NCBI RefSeq assembly: GCF_021028975.2
Contig: NC_059427.1
Span: 68,572,001 to 68,636,000 of the forward strand
DNA from: Sphaerodactylus townsendi
Taxonomy: Eukaryota
DNA length: 64,000 nucleotides
Direction of reading: 5' to 3'
Shown in pieces: positions 12,588 through 25,799 of the stretch. The notes beneath the pieces were generated by a model. The model saw only the letters and a program-made list of their open reading frames with translations. It was not told where the DNA came from and did not search any database. The stretch's first letter is position 1. Each line of letters starts with the position of its first letter. Both the position numbers and the translations under genes were made by a program.

Positions 12588-12720
12588 CAGGGGCGTACTG
12601 CCCACAGGGACATATAGGGTCAAATGTCCCCAGACAGAGGCCATTTAGTCACAGGGGTGGAAAATCCCCCCCCCCCCCAGCCCCTCTTCCTTCCCCCCAG
12701 ATACATACACTGACTTCAAG
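12588..12720 (+). mobile_element. hAT-like MITE left end
   Basis: caggggcgtactg terminus, similar to the termini at 30712 and 34979; right end not located. Confidence 0.45.
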
Positions 12721-12989
12721 AAATGTGTGTGCGAAAGAGAGAGAAAAAGAACAAAGTGGCTCAATGGCAACTCCTGAATGACTTTAGCCCAGCAATGCAC
12801 CAGATGGGCTCGTAAATGGGCGTGGGAAAGAGAATGAGAGTGCGAAAGCAGTGCCAGCCCACCTCCATCCAGGCAGCTCTTCCACACCAGTTGCAGATGT
12901 GCACCTAAAGCATGGGGAGTGGGAGGGGACAGACTGAAGGGGTTTGTGAAGGCAAGTTCTCTGCCGTCTCCTTGCCACCTGCTAGTTCA

Positions 12990-13335
12990 GCCACTTACCC
13001 AACCTCCTTCCATACCTCTCCCTTCCCTACTCTGCCTACCTCCTCCTCTGCCTCCCTCCCTCACTCATTCCTTCCCCCTCCTTCCCCATTCACTCACTCA
13101 CTCTCCCTCCTCTTCTTCCCCCTCACTCCTTCCACCATTCTACTTTCTTTCCCCCAATCCACCCCACTCCACTTTCCCCTTCTCCCCCTTTTTTATTTTC
13201 CCCTCTGCTCCTGCCGGCACTGCACTACAGCTGCTTCTTCCATCCTGCCTGCATTTTTTCTTCCTCCTCCCCCCCCCCCCGCTTGCCACTTTCTCCGGGG
13301 CCAGAAAAAGGACTTGCCCTCCCCACCCCCACCAA
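12990..13335 (+). repeat. Long C/T-rich low-complexity tract
   Basis: About 340 bp of nearly pure polypyrimidine sequence. Confidence 0.85.
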
Positions 13336-13401
13336 AAAGCAGAGTTTGCATTTCCCAGATTACCTGTGAGGCAAACACACCACAAGCTTGGGGGTTGGGG
13401 G

Positions 13402-13601
13402 GAAGAACATAAGAACAAGCCTGCTGGATCAGACCAGAGTCCATCTAGTCCAGCACTCTGCTACTCGCAGTGGCCCACCAGGTGCCTTTGGGAGCTCCCA
13501 TGCAGGATGTAAAAGCAATGGCCTTCTGCTGCTACTGCTGCTCCTGAGCACCTGGTCTGCTAAGGCATTTGCAACCTCAGATCAAGGAGGATCAAGATTG
13601 G
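13402..13601 (-). mobile_element. CR1 3' UTR and tail
   Basis: Reverse complement ggactagatggactctggtctgatccagcaggcttgttcttatgttct shows the CR1 3' hairpin and octamer-type tail. Confidence 0.8.
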
Positions 13602-13609
13602 ATCAAGAA

Positions 13610-14296
13610 AGAAAAGGATTCCCCTTTTCTCACAAGTCCCCAAACAGAGGAACTATCTCCTCAGAAATTATTCCTACCTTTTCCTCTGAGTACCTAGAAT
13701 AATCAGTACCAGAGCCTGTATCACATTATAGCACAACAACAAAAGGTTTTATTAAATGAACATTAAAGCTAAGCTTCCCTTGGTAGGGTTGAGGAACGCA
13801 TAAACACACACACACACAAAAAGACAGTATAGACAGTTTATTTAGGCTCTCAAATGGTCCTATGACCAATGGTGAGTTGTTTGGGTCCCTGCCTAGAATT
13901 CCTGTATCTACTGGCATAAAGTAAGAAGGGTCACAGCTCTCTCCTCAGATATTCCACTTCAAACTGACCAGTCTCCCTCAGGCACTTTCCTGCAGCCAAA
14001 TCTAGATCTCCCCTTAAGGAAGAGTAAACAACCCCCAAAGACACGTTCGTAGGGTCACCCTAATTTTATATATTCAGTAGCCCGGACAGGTTTTCAGGCT
14101 CAGACCCCTTTTCTCGAGTCTCCCTTCCTTGGACTCTCCCCAGAGAACACCAAACAAAAAAATCCCTTCAGCACCCTTGTTGCCTCCTTTTCAACCTGCA
14201 GGCAATTCCCTTCAGCCAGTCAGGACTGGGCAGGGATTAACCATTTCCGTGCAGTCTTTCACTTGAAACAACTTCCCAAATATGGGCATTTGTCAC
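13610..14296 (-). mobile_element. Solo-LTR-like sequence, truncated by the CR1 end
   Basis: Minus strand starts TGTGACA, has a TATA-like segment near 14066 and AATAAA near 13750; composition resembles the LTR at 57212. Confidence 0.4.
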
Positions 14297-16711
14297 AGCT
14301 GGCAATAGAGGAGGGGGGGCAAAAGTGGGACGAGCCCCCTTTCCTTCTCCCCCTTCCTGCTCCTCCCCTGAAGGGAAAACCCGGTTATCCTTCCAGCCAC
14401 GGCAGCAGCAGCAAACATGAGGGGCCACCATCTCCTCTATTCATTTACACTAGAGGCTTCATTACAATGCACCGAGGCAGAGGTGAATTTATTCATCTGG
14501 CATTAACCAACAGCAGAATTGAAAAGCTGATATATTTAACTGTTTGTATGATGCGCACTGCAGTTCCGGCATCTTCAGAAAACCGGAAGACATCTGAAGA
14601 CACCAAGGCCCCAGCATGCATGCACAGTGTGGGAAATTTGGAGGGAGGGGGCGGAAATTTTGGATTTTGCACTGAGCTACATTTTCCCTACATATACCTC
14701 TGCATCCACCACCAATGTTCTGTGGGTGTCATGATGTTTAAAAATGGTAAAAATCAATGAACAAATTGTTTACTGAGCTGTTTTAAGTGAGTTGGACTGT
14801 GATTATGTTGTTGATATTGTTGTACACTGCCCTGGCCCCTAATTAATACATAAATAATAAATATCTGAAAGGATTGTCTTTTCCCAACTATCCCTGAGCA
14901 CCATTTGCAGTCATGAGGCCAGGTTCTCCTGCCTATGGCTGCCCATTTCTCCATCACCAAAACACAGGCTTTCATGGTACTTGAACCCATGCTGTAGAAC
15001 AGATTTTCAGAAGCATTAAAGATGGATTTCTCGTTTTAGATTTTTAGAAAGAGGTACAAAGGGTTTTTTAGAGTGTTCCCACATTTTGTGGAGTTGCATT
15101 ATTAGTTATATTAATTTGATTGCCAGGGTTTTTGGTTATCTGTTCTTGGAATTTATTTTGTTGATTTGTCATGCAGCGTTGACAGCTCTGTATTTATAAG
15201 CTTCTTTGAATGAGTTTTTGAAGAAAGGTGTGATAAAATTATGTAAAATAAACAACGTTCACTCTGTTTTGCAGAAACTCCTCAAATTATTTGCAAAGTT
15301 AGCAGGGGAACATTTTGAAGAACATGAAGTTGTTCAAGAAGCATGGGCCCTTATTTTGTCTTGCCTGTGAGAAAATAACATCGCTTACAAAAATTATAAA
15401 CGATGCACATATTTAAATCATATTTTTTGCAGAATAATACAATGATATAACAATAATAATCAAGAAAGAAATAGGGTTCTGCTCATAGGTATTTTACAGA
15501 GTGACTAAAATGATGAAGTGTCAATCACAAGGAACATCCAGCTGTTTTGCACACAGAAATCAGCACTTGAGTATAAAAACTACCTTAGGTGCTGACTCTA
15601 ATCATCACCCTAGACTTGGAGCAAGTATTACATGTGGCATCACACATTCGTATATGTGTCCATCATAAACGGCTGTATTAATACCTGCTTAGGCCTAAAG
15701 TTGCTTGACACTGAGATTTGGGTCAAGTTTTATTTTAGTGATAAGCACTGGAGTTGCAGCTTATTCCTAGCCCCAAGCGGTTTGTGATTTATTCTAGCCT
15801 GCAGCCAAAATTGCAAAAAGGAAATATAACTTGCAAGCAATGAGGGAGTCTGAAGAGTACATTGTAACATCTGTGTGGCGTTGCTGTTCTTCTTGTATAT
15901 GTGCAATTTCCAGCAGGTCCATCACACTGGCGTTAAGTGCCTGCCCTCTCCAGGCAAGCCTTGGCTTCACAGCCCAACCAGCATGATGTCAAAATAGCAG
16001 CAAAAAGGAAACAATGTATCTTAAATAGCCCATTACTGTTGTTGAATACAATCTTGACATCTTTTTAAAAAAGCACTCTCTTTTAAATATTGTCACGTTT
16101 CCAGCTGTTAAAATCAACCATATTTCGTTATCATAATAACCAAATGCAGTGGTTGATTTGAGCAGCAGGGAAGTGGCCCTGTTACTTTGAAGGGTTTTTA
16201 AATGATCACGTTTTCTTCATCACAGTGGTGCTTTCTTGCCTATTAAAAATCTCTTTATAGCCTTGGCACCTCTACATGGATGACTGATGTGGCACCTTCT
16301 TATTGGTCCATTGCTTGTAGAAGTGCTTAGCAACATTGAAGTTCTGCACTGCTTGAACAAAGAACCTTGCTTTACAGGCACCTCCTGAGAAACAAAATGT
16401 AAAAAACAAACTAGCCCAACATGTATAAAGTAAGTGTGTGTGTGTGGGGGGGGGGGGGTCTTCAAGACTTTGATAAATTTGCTTACTTACTGTTCAGCTG
16501 GCTTTTATAACTGTAGAGAAAAATCCTTCTGATATTGATCTGGGGGAGGCAAGCAAGAAAATATTCATGCCCTGCTAAGTGTTTAATAGGATAGATGGGC
16601 AAGAGTTACCCTTCTGAACATCTTAACTTCAACAGACTTAGAAGGGCACAACTCTGCTTGGAACTCCACTGTAAATATGCTAGAAAGAGTTAGATGTGGA
16701 GCCCCTGGAAT

Positions 16712-18133
16712 CAGGGACGTAGGTATAGATTTTTTAGGGGGGGGTTCGGGGGTGGGGCCACACCCCCACCCACCCCTAGGGCATGGCCATGCCTCCCCAA
16801 GCTCCACCCCTGGCCTAGCGCTTATAAAAGCAGCTCTCCAAGGTTGGGGATGGCAGACTCCCCTGCCCTGCCCTCCCCTGCCCCTCCCCTCTGGGCAGAG
16901 GCATAGAGGGAAAATGGAGCCTGGTGCAAAATCTGAGTTTTGCGTCCCACCCACCCCCCACCCCCGGCAGCCGCTGTAATGCTGGAATCCATCCCCAAAC
17001 AGCATCACTTTCAGTGGTGTTTAAACTAGAGAGTCCAAATTCTCCTTTTAAATCCACCTTAAAGGGAGAATCTGGGGTCCCTAGTTAAACAACATTGAAA
17101 GTGATGCTGTTTTGGGGTGGATTATCCCCCACCCTGAAACAACATCAATTTCAATGTGGCATAGTGGTTAAGAGCAGGTGCATTCTAATCTGGAGGAACC
17201 AGGTTTGATTCCCTGCTCTGCCACTTGAGCTGCGGAGGCTTATCTGGGCAATTCAGATTAGCCTGTGCACTCCCACACACGCCAGCTGGGTGACCTTGGG
17301 CTAGTCACAGCTTTTCGGAGCTCTCTCAGCCGCACCCACCTCACAGGTTGTTTGTTGTGAGGGAGCAAGGACAAGGAGATTGTAAGCCCCTTTGAGTCTC
17401 CTATAGGAGAGAAAGGGGGGATATAAATCCAAACTCTTCTTCTTCTAAACTGAGGACCTCAGATTCTCCCTTTAAATCCATGCCGAAGGGGGTGAATTTA
17501 AAAGGAGAATCTGGGGAAATTTGGGGGGTGCTGCTGTCAGCTGTGCAATGGTTAAGCTAGAAGCACCAAACTTTCAGGGTATCTTTAGGAGTCTCTCCTA
17601 ATGATACCACCCAGGTTTGGTGAAATTTGGTTCAGAGGGTCCAAAGTTATGGACCCTCAAAGGTGTAGCCCCATCTCCTATTAGCTCCCATTGGAAACAA
17701 TGGGGGATGGGGGCACCCCGTTTGGGAGTCCATAGCTTTGGACTCCCTGGACCAAACTTCACAAAACCTGGGTGGTATCAATAAGATACTCTCCTGATAG
17801 TACATCCCAGGTTTGGTTATGGACCCTCAAATGTGTAGCCCCCATTTTCTATTAGCTCTCTTTGGAAACAATGGAGGATGGGGACACCCCCTTTGGGAGT
17901 CCATAACTTTGGACCTGCTGAACCAAACCTCACCAAACCTGGGTGGTATCATCAGGAGAGTCCCCCAACAATCCCTGAAAGTTTGGTGCTGCTAGCCCAA
18001 ACAATGCGCCCCCTGCAGGCAAAAACCGGAAAAGCTCTAAAATGTTTAAAAAACCCACAAATGGGTGGGCGGAGCTTCAGACATGAATGGGGGGTTCAAA
18101 CCAAGAAACCCCCCCCCCTTACCTACGTCCATG
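16712..18133 (+). mobile_element. Large non-autonomous hAT element (copy 1) with a nested SINE
   Basis: TIRs cagggacgtaggta / tacctacgtccatg; perfect 8-bp TSD cctggaat; homologous to 22645-23635. Confidence 0.93.
17157..17445 (+). mobile_element. tRNA-CORE SINE (Squam3-like) nested in the hAT element
   Basis: A-box tggcatagtgg, B-box-like ggtttgattcc, CORE-like tgggtgaccttgggctagtcac and (CTT)n tail; absent from the sister hAT copy near 23112. Confidence 0.85.
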
Positions 18134-18719
18134 CCTGGAATAGGCTGAGCAACAATCTGGACTCAGTTTGTACCGTAACTCCAGTCCTGCTATTGACTAG
18201 TCATGGGTTGTTCTTTTGTTCTAGCACTTCTAGAATATTTTCTCCATGCAGATCTCTCTGATTTGTACAATCTCTGATATTGTATGAGGCAACAATTCTT
18301 GTTCAGCCAATAAAAATGCTACAGTGCTTTGCGATAAGTGCTTTGCTATAGTGTTTTGCCTCTAGAGGGCCTCTTTAAGGGACAGGGTCTAACTAAGGTT
18401 CCTCTCCCACAGAATGCTGTGCAAAAGGCAACTAAACCCATTCTAACTAAGGGTATAACTGACGGTTAAATAAGGAAAATAGTGAGGGTGTCTCTGGGGA
18501 CATGACAGCAGCCCTACACAGAGTATCTTGCATTAGTCTAGCCTCAAAGTTATAAAAGCATGACTTCATAAGGCAAGATTGGGAAAAACTTTGAAATGAA
18601 ATGTAGCCGGAATAATAGAAAATTCTAGACCTTTCACAACTCTGCAAAGTAGGCATCACTCCATCCATAGGGGAAAGTACATGGGTGGGTTGACCTTTAA
18701 GGGGACCAAGAAAAGTCCC

Positions 18720-18825
18720 ACACAGAGGCAGGCAATGGCAAACCACCTCTGAACATCTCTTGCCTTGAAAACGCTACAGGGTCACCATAAGTCCACTGTG
18801 ACATGTCAGCAAAATCACATACACA
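18720..18825 (+). mobile_element. Sauria SINE-like 3' fragment
   Basis: gaggcaggcaatggcaaaccacctctgaacatctcttgccttgaaaac...gtcaccataagtc. Confidence 0.65.
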
Positions 18826-19327
18826 GTTTGTCAAATGAAATAATATTTCCCTGAAGAGATTAATATCTGCTGGCAATATAAAACAAGGTTCTGCATATGT
18901 GTAGTTTGTGCTGGGGCAGTTCTATTTTTAACCTAAATCATAGACACTATTTATTGCTTGGACAAACTAAGCACATGCCCCTGCCCCAGGACCCTACTGT
19001 ATGATGGACAAGCCCGGGATGGAGGCTGTAGCTTCAGGGAAATGAAGCTGTGTAATCCCTGTGTTTATCTGACCAAACTTGGAAAAGCTTCTCAGCTCCC
19101 GCAGCTAATTTTTTACGAAGATTTTTTCATCATTATTTTCTGCCCCCCCCCCCCCAATTTTATTTTCTGGAACTTTTTTGCTTATGGTGAACCAAAATAA
19201 AAAAAAGGAAAAATTGTTACTCTCTGAAGTCCCAGCATGAAATGAATTTGCATTATGTAAATGCATTTCATAGGCTTTGGACAATAGTGTCTTTGATTCC
19301 CAATAGACTGTTTTCAAAAACTTTACA

Positions 19328-19412
19328 ATGCAAACTATAACAGAGTTGCTCCAGTCTAAGTCCGTTGACTTCAATGGGCTTAGACTAGAACCTCTGTTCT
19401 GGACTGCACTGT
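19328..19412. repeat. Short palindromic (hairpin) MITE-like repeat
   Basis: ctccagtctaagtccgttga pairs with tcaatgggcttagactagaa; degenerate relatives near 1410-1475 and 16585-16670. Confidence 0.65.
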
Positions 19413-20064
19413 TGGTGTGAAATGTATTCTCAGTCTGTAACTCAAGCTAGGTTTAAACTTTCACTTATTCTGTATACATGTAAAAACTTAAAATAGTATG
19501 AGCCAATTTAGAAGTCTCATTTAAAAGTTTCTCCTTTTTCAAGTATTCCACTATGATTCTTCTTGGAGAGTTCAGCTATCACTGCTATGCAGTTCTCAGA
19601 ACTTTCATCAACACACAGAAAACTAAACAGAGGTTGGATTCAGACTTAATTTTCCACTAACGTAAGGCACTTTCATCTGATGAACAGAAACTTCCTGCTT
19701 CACACTCCTGCTGTAATCCACTGTTTTTTTCAAAAATACTGCTCCTAGGAAACAGGAGAATCCAAGATTCTTTCTTTTCATTTGTTCTTCCAAAGGAGTA
19801 CTGTATCAAGTAAAAAGGATTTTGGTATAATTAGTATAACTAAGTAATGAATTCTCACACACATATAGTTTTCTGGAGATAAAACATCAGGGGAAAATCA
19901 TTTGGTTGGAATACATGTTGGTGACACCCACAACACAAATGTCAGGATCAGCCTTGAACATGGTCTTACCTAAATTACTCTATCTCATCCTCAACTGCAT
20001 AATTGTAATACAAGTAATAATTTCATACCTAAGCAGTATTATTGTAAGACTTGCTAAAATAGCA

Positions 20065-20560
20065 TATGTGTATTTTGTATTTGTACTTCAATTTGTACCC
20101 CGCCCTATCCCCACAGGGCTCAGGGCAGCTAACAGCATCACAAAACAGGTTACATTATAAAGAGTAATACTGATAAAATACATAAAACTAATAATAAAGA
20201 TCACATTACAGATGGCAACTTAAACATATCAACCCTAACAATTTGCTAAATCAATAACAGCAACACTAACAAAACATATTGATACCTGTTCATAGTAAAT
20301 CCATATAATATCAATAAATCAACAATAAATTAACAAAGCATTAACATATCAAAAATATCAATACATGGACAATATCAATACATTTACAACAAATCAGTAT
20401 CAATACATTTACAACAATACGTTAACAAAAAAATCAATACATAATACCATATAAATGCATAACATTAAACTAAAAACTTATCTACCCTAACTATAACAGC
20501 TGCAAGGATAACCTAGGAATATTACCTAATTACTCCAGCAAGGGCTACACCTGACCAACC
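20065..20560 (-). mobile_element. L2-like 3' end followed by an A/C-rich low-complexity region
   Basis: tttgtaccccgccctatccccacagggctcagggcagctaaca is the reverse of an L2-type 3' end. Confidence 0.5.
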
Positions 20561-20577
20561 TACTCACTCTAACAGTA

Positions 20578-20832
20578 CAGTGGAACCTTGGTATTTGTTG
20601 TCATTGGTTTTCGTCGGTTTCGGTTTTTGTCAATTCTTTCCCTGAAAATTTTGTCTCAGTTTTCATCATTTGCTTTGGTTTTCACTGGATTTCGTTGGCG
20701 CATGAGCGCTAATTTTGCAACAACAAACAGCAACCCATGCAGTTCCATTGCTTCCCAGTGTTTGCCTCAGTTTTCGTCGGTTTCGGCTGAGATTTCCCGG
20801 ATGAATTATCAACGAAAACCAAGGTTCCACTG
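20578..20832. mobile_element. Tc1/mariner (Tigger/pogo-like) MITE, 255 bp
   Basis: TIRs cagtggaaccttgg / ccaaggttccactg with TA TSD on both sides. Confidence 0.9.
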
Positions 20833-20944
20833 TATATAGAAAAAAGAACTAACGACATTCCTTAACAATATACAAGGAGAAGCTAACTAACAGTATACAG
20901 AAAAACTACTACACCTAGCAACCCACATTCCTAGTAAGCAACTA

Positions 20945-21072
20945 AGCAACGACAAAGAAGGGAAACTGTGGTATACCATAGAGTTTGTCCTTTGTGGAAC
21001 TGTTATCTGTGGTCTAGATATTATTTGCAATTCTGGGAGAACGCCAGCTCCTCCCTGGAGGTTGGCAACCAG
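20945..21072 (-). mobile_element. TAGGGTTGCCA-terminus hAT-like MITE fragment
   Basis: ctggaggttggcaacc end plus internal similarity to 29650-29893 and 42574-42830. Confidence 0.5.
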
Positions 21073-22644
21073 AGTTCTTAGAAGATTAGATGGGTTGGAA
21101 TACTTTGGTGAGGGTTGTTGTAATATCATCAACCTCAGGTCTTGCGTCGTCCATGAGTCCCAATCCTTGAAACCAGCAGTGATCTTTGATCTAATACATA
21201 TGAAGTGTGTTGTCTAGGAAAAGCACCGCATTGGTACTGAGAGCCCTGGAAAGAAGTCATACATATTTCAGTGGGACTTTGTTTTGCGTATGCATAGGAT
21301 TGCAGACTATGCAGGAGGATGAGAGGAATATAAACTGTTTCTGTACTTGTGCAAATCCACAGGAGTAATAAAAATCAGACCCGAATAACATAGAATGATA
21401 GTGTGGTTGTCAAAGAGCAGCAGTGTAAGCTAAACGCTCACCTTGGATACAACCAGTGCTGCAGGACTTCATGGCTGGAGCTGTGACATAGGCCTCAAGG
21501 GTGGTCACTTTAACACAGAGATGTTGATTGAGGAATTGAAGCAATGGAACATTTTAAAAAATAAACAGGAGCTGCATTTCAGGATCAGAGTGATGGATGA
21601 TTTGTTAGCTGGGTCGTAGTCACTGGCAACCGTGACATATGTCCATCAGGAATTTGTAGACCCAGTGTAAGAACTGCAGTACAGGACTGCAGCAACTGGT
21701 AGTTCTGATTTTGCCTGGGGCATCTGTAGAGCTGGTTGAAAGAATATCCATGTCTGAGTGTGTGGGCAAAAGTCAAGTCTCTTGGCATATATCAGTCATT
21801 AACACTTACCAAAAGGATTTGGAAATAGGCCTCTTTCAAGTGTTTCACTCCGTTAAATCCTTATCAACTCCTGTAACCATGTTCTTCCATGCTCCCACTT
21901 TGCTGTAGTGTAGCCCCCCCAACCAGAAAAGGTTATATTTAAAGAGTAGAGCATTATGGGTAATGAGATGCAAATTGAGAAAAAGACAAGAAGTCCATAT
22001 TGCAAGTGCTTCTGGTGGGGGCCAGCTTTTAAAAAGTCAGCCTGATTGCCTCTGTGGCAATTTGCATAGCATTAACCAGAGATATTTTCTTTTTAAACTT
22101 GAACTATTTTTTTCCAGAGGTCACCTTAAACTAATTACATCCCCAATGCTGCTTCACAAAAGAGGTTTCATGGATGTGATTACAGGGTTTGAAGTGCAAC
22201 CAGTAGATTTCCCAGTACTGAGGAGAAAGAGGGGAAGGGGCATTATCTATGTGAACCCAGCTAGCTTTTAATGCATACATTCAGGTACTTTAATTATAGG
22301 AGTCCTGCTTTTGTGGTCCTGTTTGTATAGGCTTTGAAACGGAGAGCTTCTGTTGAGTGCAACAACAACAGAAACACACAAGGTTCATCCCTCATTGAAA
22401 ATAAACAAAAGAGTCCATCTACTAACCATATACTTTTGCCTCATGCCACCTTCCAGCTGGCAGCAATTTTATGCTTGAATATAATCTTGCCAGGTTGAAA
22501 TAAAGCTCTCATCTCTGATGTAATCCTAACAATTATTTTTCTTCTAGATCTTGATTCCATCTGTATCCCCACTTGCTACAGTCTTCAATGTTTGTCATAG
22601 AAGCTCACTGTCTGCCCATAGAAGCTCACTGTCTGCCCAAGTAG

Positions 22645-23635
22645 CAGTGACGTAGTTATAGAATTTTAATGAGGGGGTCGGGGGTGGGGCCACACCCCAC
22701 CAACCCCTGGGTGTGTGGTCACACCTCCCCAAGCCCTGCCCCCAGCCTCAGTGCTTATAAAAGCAGCTCTCCAAGGCCAGGGACAGCAGACTCCCCTGCC
22801 CCGCCCCCCACCAGCTGGGCTCCCAGCCAGCAGTCCCTTCTGCCCTCCCCTCTGGGCAGAGGTACAGCTAGGGAAAATGGAGCCTGGTGCAAAATCTGAG
22901 TTGCGCCTCCCCCCACCCATGGGCGGCCACTGTGATGCTGGAATCCACCCCCAAACATCATCACTTTCAATGGTGTTTAAGATAGGGACCCCAGATTCTC
23001 CTTTTAAATCTACCTTAAAGGGAGAATCTGGGGTCCCCAGTTAAAACAACATTGAAAGTGATGCTGTTTTGGGGTGGATTATCCCCCGCCCTGAAACAGC
23101 ATAACTTTCAATGTTTAAACTGGAGACCTCAGATTCTTCCTTTAAATCCATGCCGAAGGGGGTGGATTTAAAAGGAGAATCTGGGGAAATTTGGGGGTGA
23201 CTGCTGTCAGGGGTGCAATTGTTAAGCTAGCAGCACCAAACTTTCAGGTTATCTTTATGAGACTCTTGTGATGATACCACCCAGGTTTGGTGAAGTTTGG
23301 TTCCGAGGGTCCAAAGTTATTGACCCTCAAAGGTGTAGCCACTATCTTCTATTAGCTTCCATTGGAAACAATGGGGGATGGGGCACTACCTTTGGGAATC
23401 CTAACTTTGGATCCCCCTGAAGCAAACCTCACCAAACCCGGGTGGTATCATCAGGAGAGTCTCCCAAAAAATTCCTTAAATTTTGGTGCTGCTAGCCTAA
23501 AAACTGGGCCCCCTGTAGGCCAAAAACCTAAAAAACACTAAAAAAGTACAAAAAAATCACAAATGGGTGGGTGGAACTTCGGACATGTAATGGGGGGGTT
23601 GAACCCAAGAACTCTTCCCCTTACCTACATCCTTG
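22645..23635 (+). mobile_element. Large non-autonomous hAT element (copy 2)
   Basis: TIRs cagtgacgtagtta / tacctacatccttg; TSD ccaagtag / gaaagtag (6 of 8 match); colinear with 16712-18133. Confidence 0.9.
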
Positions 23636-24199
23636 GAAAGTAGGTTAATCTAGGGATAATGTGTTTACTGTTTATTTATTGTGTTGTTTTTATTGTGAAG
23701 GCTTATATTGTTTAAATTGTTTTGTACTGTATTATTATGATGGGGGGCAATGCAAAAAATTAATAAGTAGTAATAGTAAAAATAATAATCCTGAAATAAT
23801 ACTTTTATTTTTTTATTGAAGCTCTCTGGGATGTTCCATTCCATTCTGTTCACTCATTCTATTCAACCTATCAGCTATGTTTACTGTATTTCCCCTTAAT
23901 GCATCTGATATGCAAGGTCACTGTTGCAAATGAATTGGGCAACTTGTGGATTTTCCATGGGAAATGTGTGGATTTTCCATGAGGAAAGCTTGCATTCATG
24001 GAAACCAGAAAATGTCTGCATCCACATGGAAAATCCACACATTTCCCAATTCACAAAAGATGGCAACCACATATATTGGGTGTCTCATGGGGACCTGTGT
24101 GATCCCAACATGTGCACCTTGCACAGAACTTCTACAGAAGGCTTGAGTGATGCTTACAAAAGATAGCCTGTGAAAATGTTATGTTGCAATTCAGAATCC

Positions 24200-24522
24200 A
24201 TAACAACAACCCCCCCCCCCCCCCGCCGCCCCTCTGCAGGCTGGCTCCTGCCATCCTCAGGGCCTGGGGAGAGCAAAAGCCAGCCTACACAGAAGCTGGA
24301 GGCAGGGCTCAGTGGCGGCAGGTGGCCCAGGTGGGCGCCATGGCCGCCAGCCACCGAGCCCCACCCCTGCTTCCTTGCAGAGGGGTGGGGCTTGTTGGCT
24401 TGCAGCTGGGGCACATGCTGTTTTTGTCATGTGGAGGCGCTGAGTGCCCCCCCCCCATGACCGAAAGGTGTGCACCCGGGGCATGAGTGACCCCATGTCT
24501 GTAAAGGCCATACACCTCTCTG
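24200..24522 (-). mobile_element. GC-rich hAT-like MITE fragment
   Basis: Right end resembles the reverse complement of the 12588 terminus; GC-rich interior. Confidence 0.4.
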
Positions 24523-25799
24523 TGGCTCATATTTAGACACTTTGAATACTTTGACATTTGATAGGTTTTGCAACTTGATGTTATGCTGATTGTGTTTTGT
24601 ATTTTTAAAAAAATATTACTATGGCTGGGAGCCTTAAAATGTGGAAGTGACTCAGGCCTCTTTGGACCTCTGAAAGGATATCCCTTCTGGTTCATGAAGA
24701 TTTGGCATTCCAGTACAGTATTTTTCAATTAAATTTTCCTTTGTGAATGAACAAGTTGTGTTAGAGGCAAAAAGATTCAATTCTGTAACACATTTCTGAC
24801 ACCATCTTGGAGAAACTGTATTTCAGAAATTTTATACTCCTTTGAAGGACTTCTGGCAGTATTGAGTTTAAATGTCAATGCAGATACATAGACATTTAAA
24901 CGTTGTGTTAGTACAGAGTATGACCAGTTAATTTCCTTATCTGTTGTTTAAAAATACATGGCTACAAATGCCCCCTAGAACTGTCTTCCAGTTTGGTTTA
25001 GAGATGCAATTTACAATTATTTGAAAGTTACGACTACCTATCACAACATGAAAACTTCCAGAAATTGAAAACTATGCACCTGTAATATTTAGTTCCCGGA
25101 TATTTACTCCTCTTTCATCCACTTATGGAATTAGCTGCCAAAAGAGTGTATGAAATTAGCTGCCACCAAGATTGGCTTTTGAAAGCTGGCCGGGTAATTT
25201 GATGACCATTAGCAGTGTCTTTACTTATGCAGGCTGTGTCTAGATATGAATAATCAAATCTTATGCTTCAATGAAAAACCATTGCTTGCTTCAGTTGGGG
25301 AATGATTCTCCTATGTATGGCTTTACACTATTGGTTAAGTTATATTGTCATTATAATGGTTTTATTACTTTCAGATCCTTTCTCTGGAACATCAGCTACC
25401 ATATTAGCTGCTAAAGCCAGAGGCAACACTCAGAGTGAGATGAATCAATAGTATGATCTCAATTGGCTGGAAACAAGATATTTGAATAGGTAGCCTGTGA
25501 AAGAATCTACTGAGTGGTTCTTGAATCCTCATGATAAGGAACTAATGATTTCTTTTGGAAAGAACGAAAGAACCAGCAGAAATAAGATGCATCATGTCAA
25601 GCTAAGGTTTGTACATGGGAGAACAATTTTGCTGTGTATCAGTCAACATACTTTTATTGTTCCACTGGAAGAAAAACTAATGTTGTGAGCAAATTAAAAA
25701 TTTTAAATCTTACAACTAATTTTAACTGACCAAAACTCTAGTTTGTGAAGTGGGGCAGGTCACCTAATCCTCAAGGATTTGACATTTAGATGTGTGCCA

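Noticed and set aside
12912-13512. 166 and 197 aa Pro/Ser/Leu-rich ORFs
   Set aside because: Products of a polypyrimidine tract and an antisense CR1 UTR.
14565-14605. ggcatcttcaga...tctgaagacacc resembling a hammerhead core
   Set aside because: Lacks the GAAA-stem III-NUH half; it is only a short palindrome.
16583-17057. GC-rich ORFs here and at 22666-23044, 24154-24728 and 44711-45181
   Set aside because: They lie inside non-autonomous DNA elements and show no transposase motifs.
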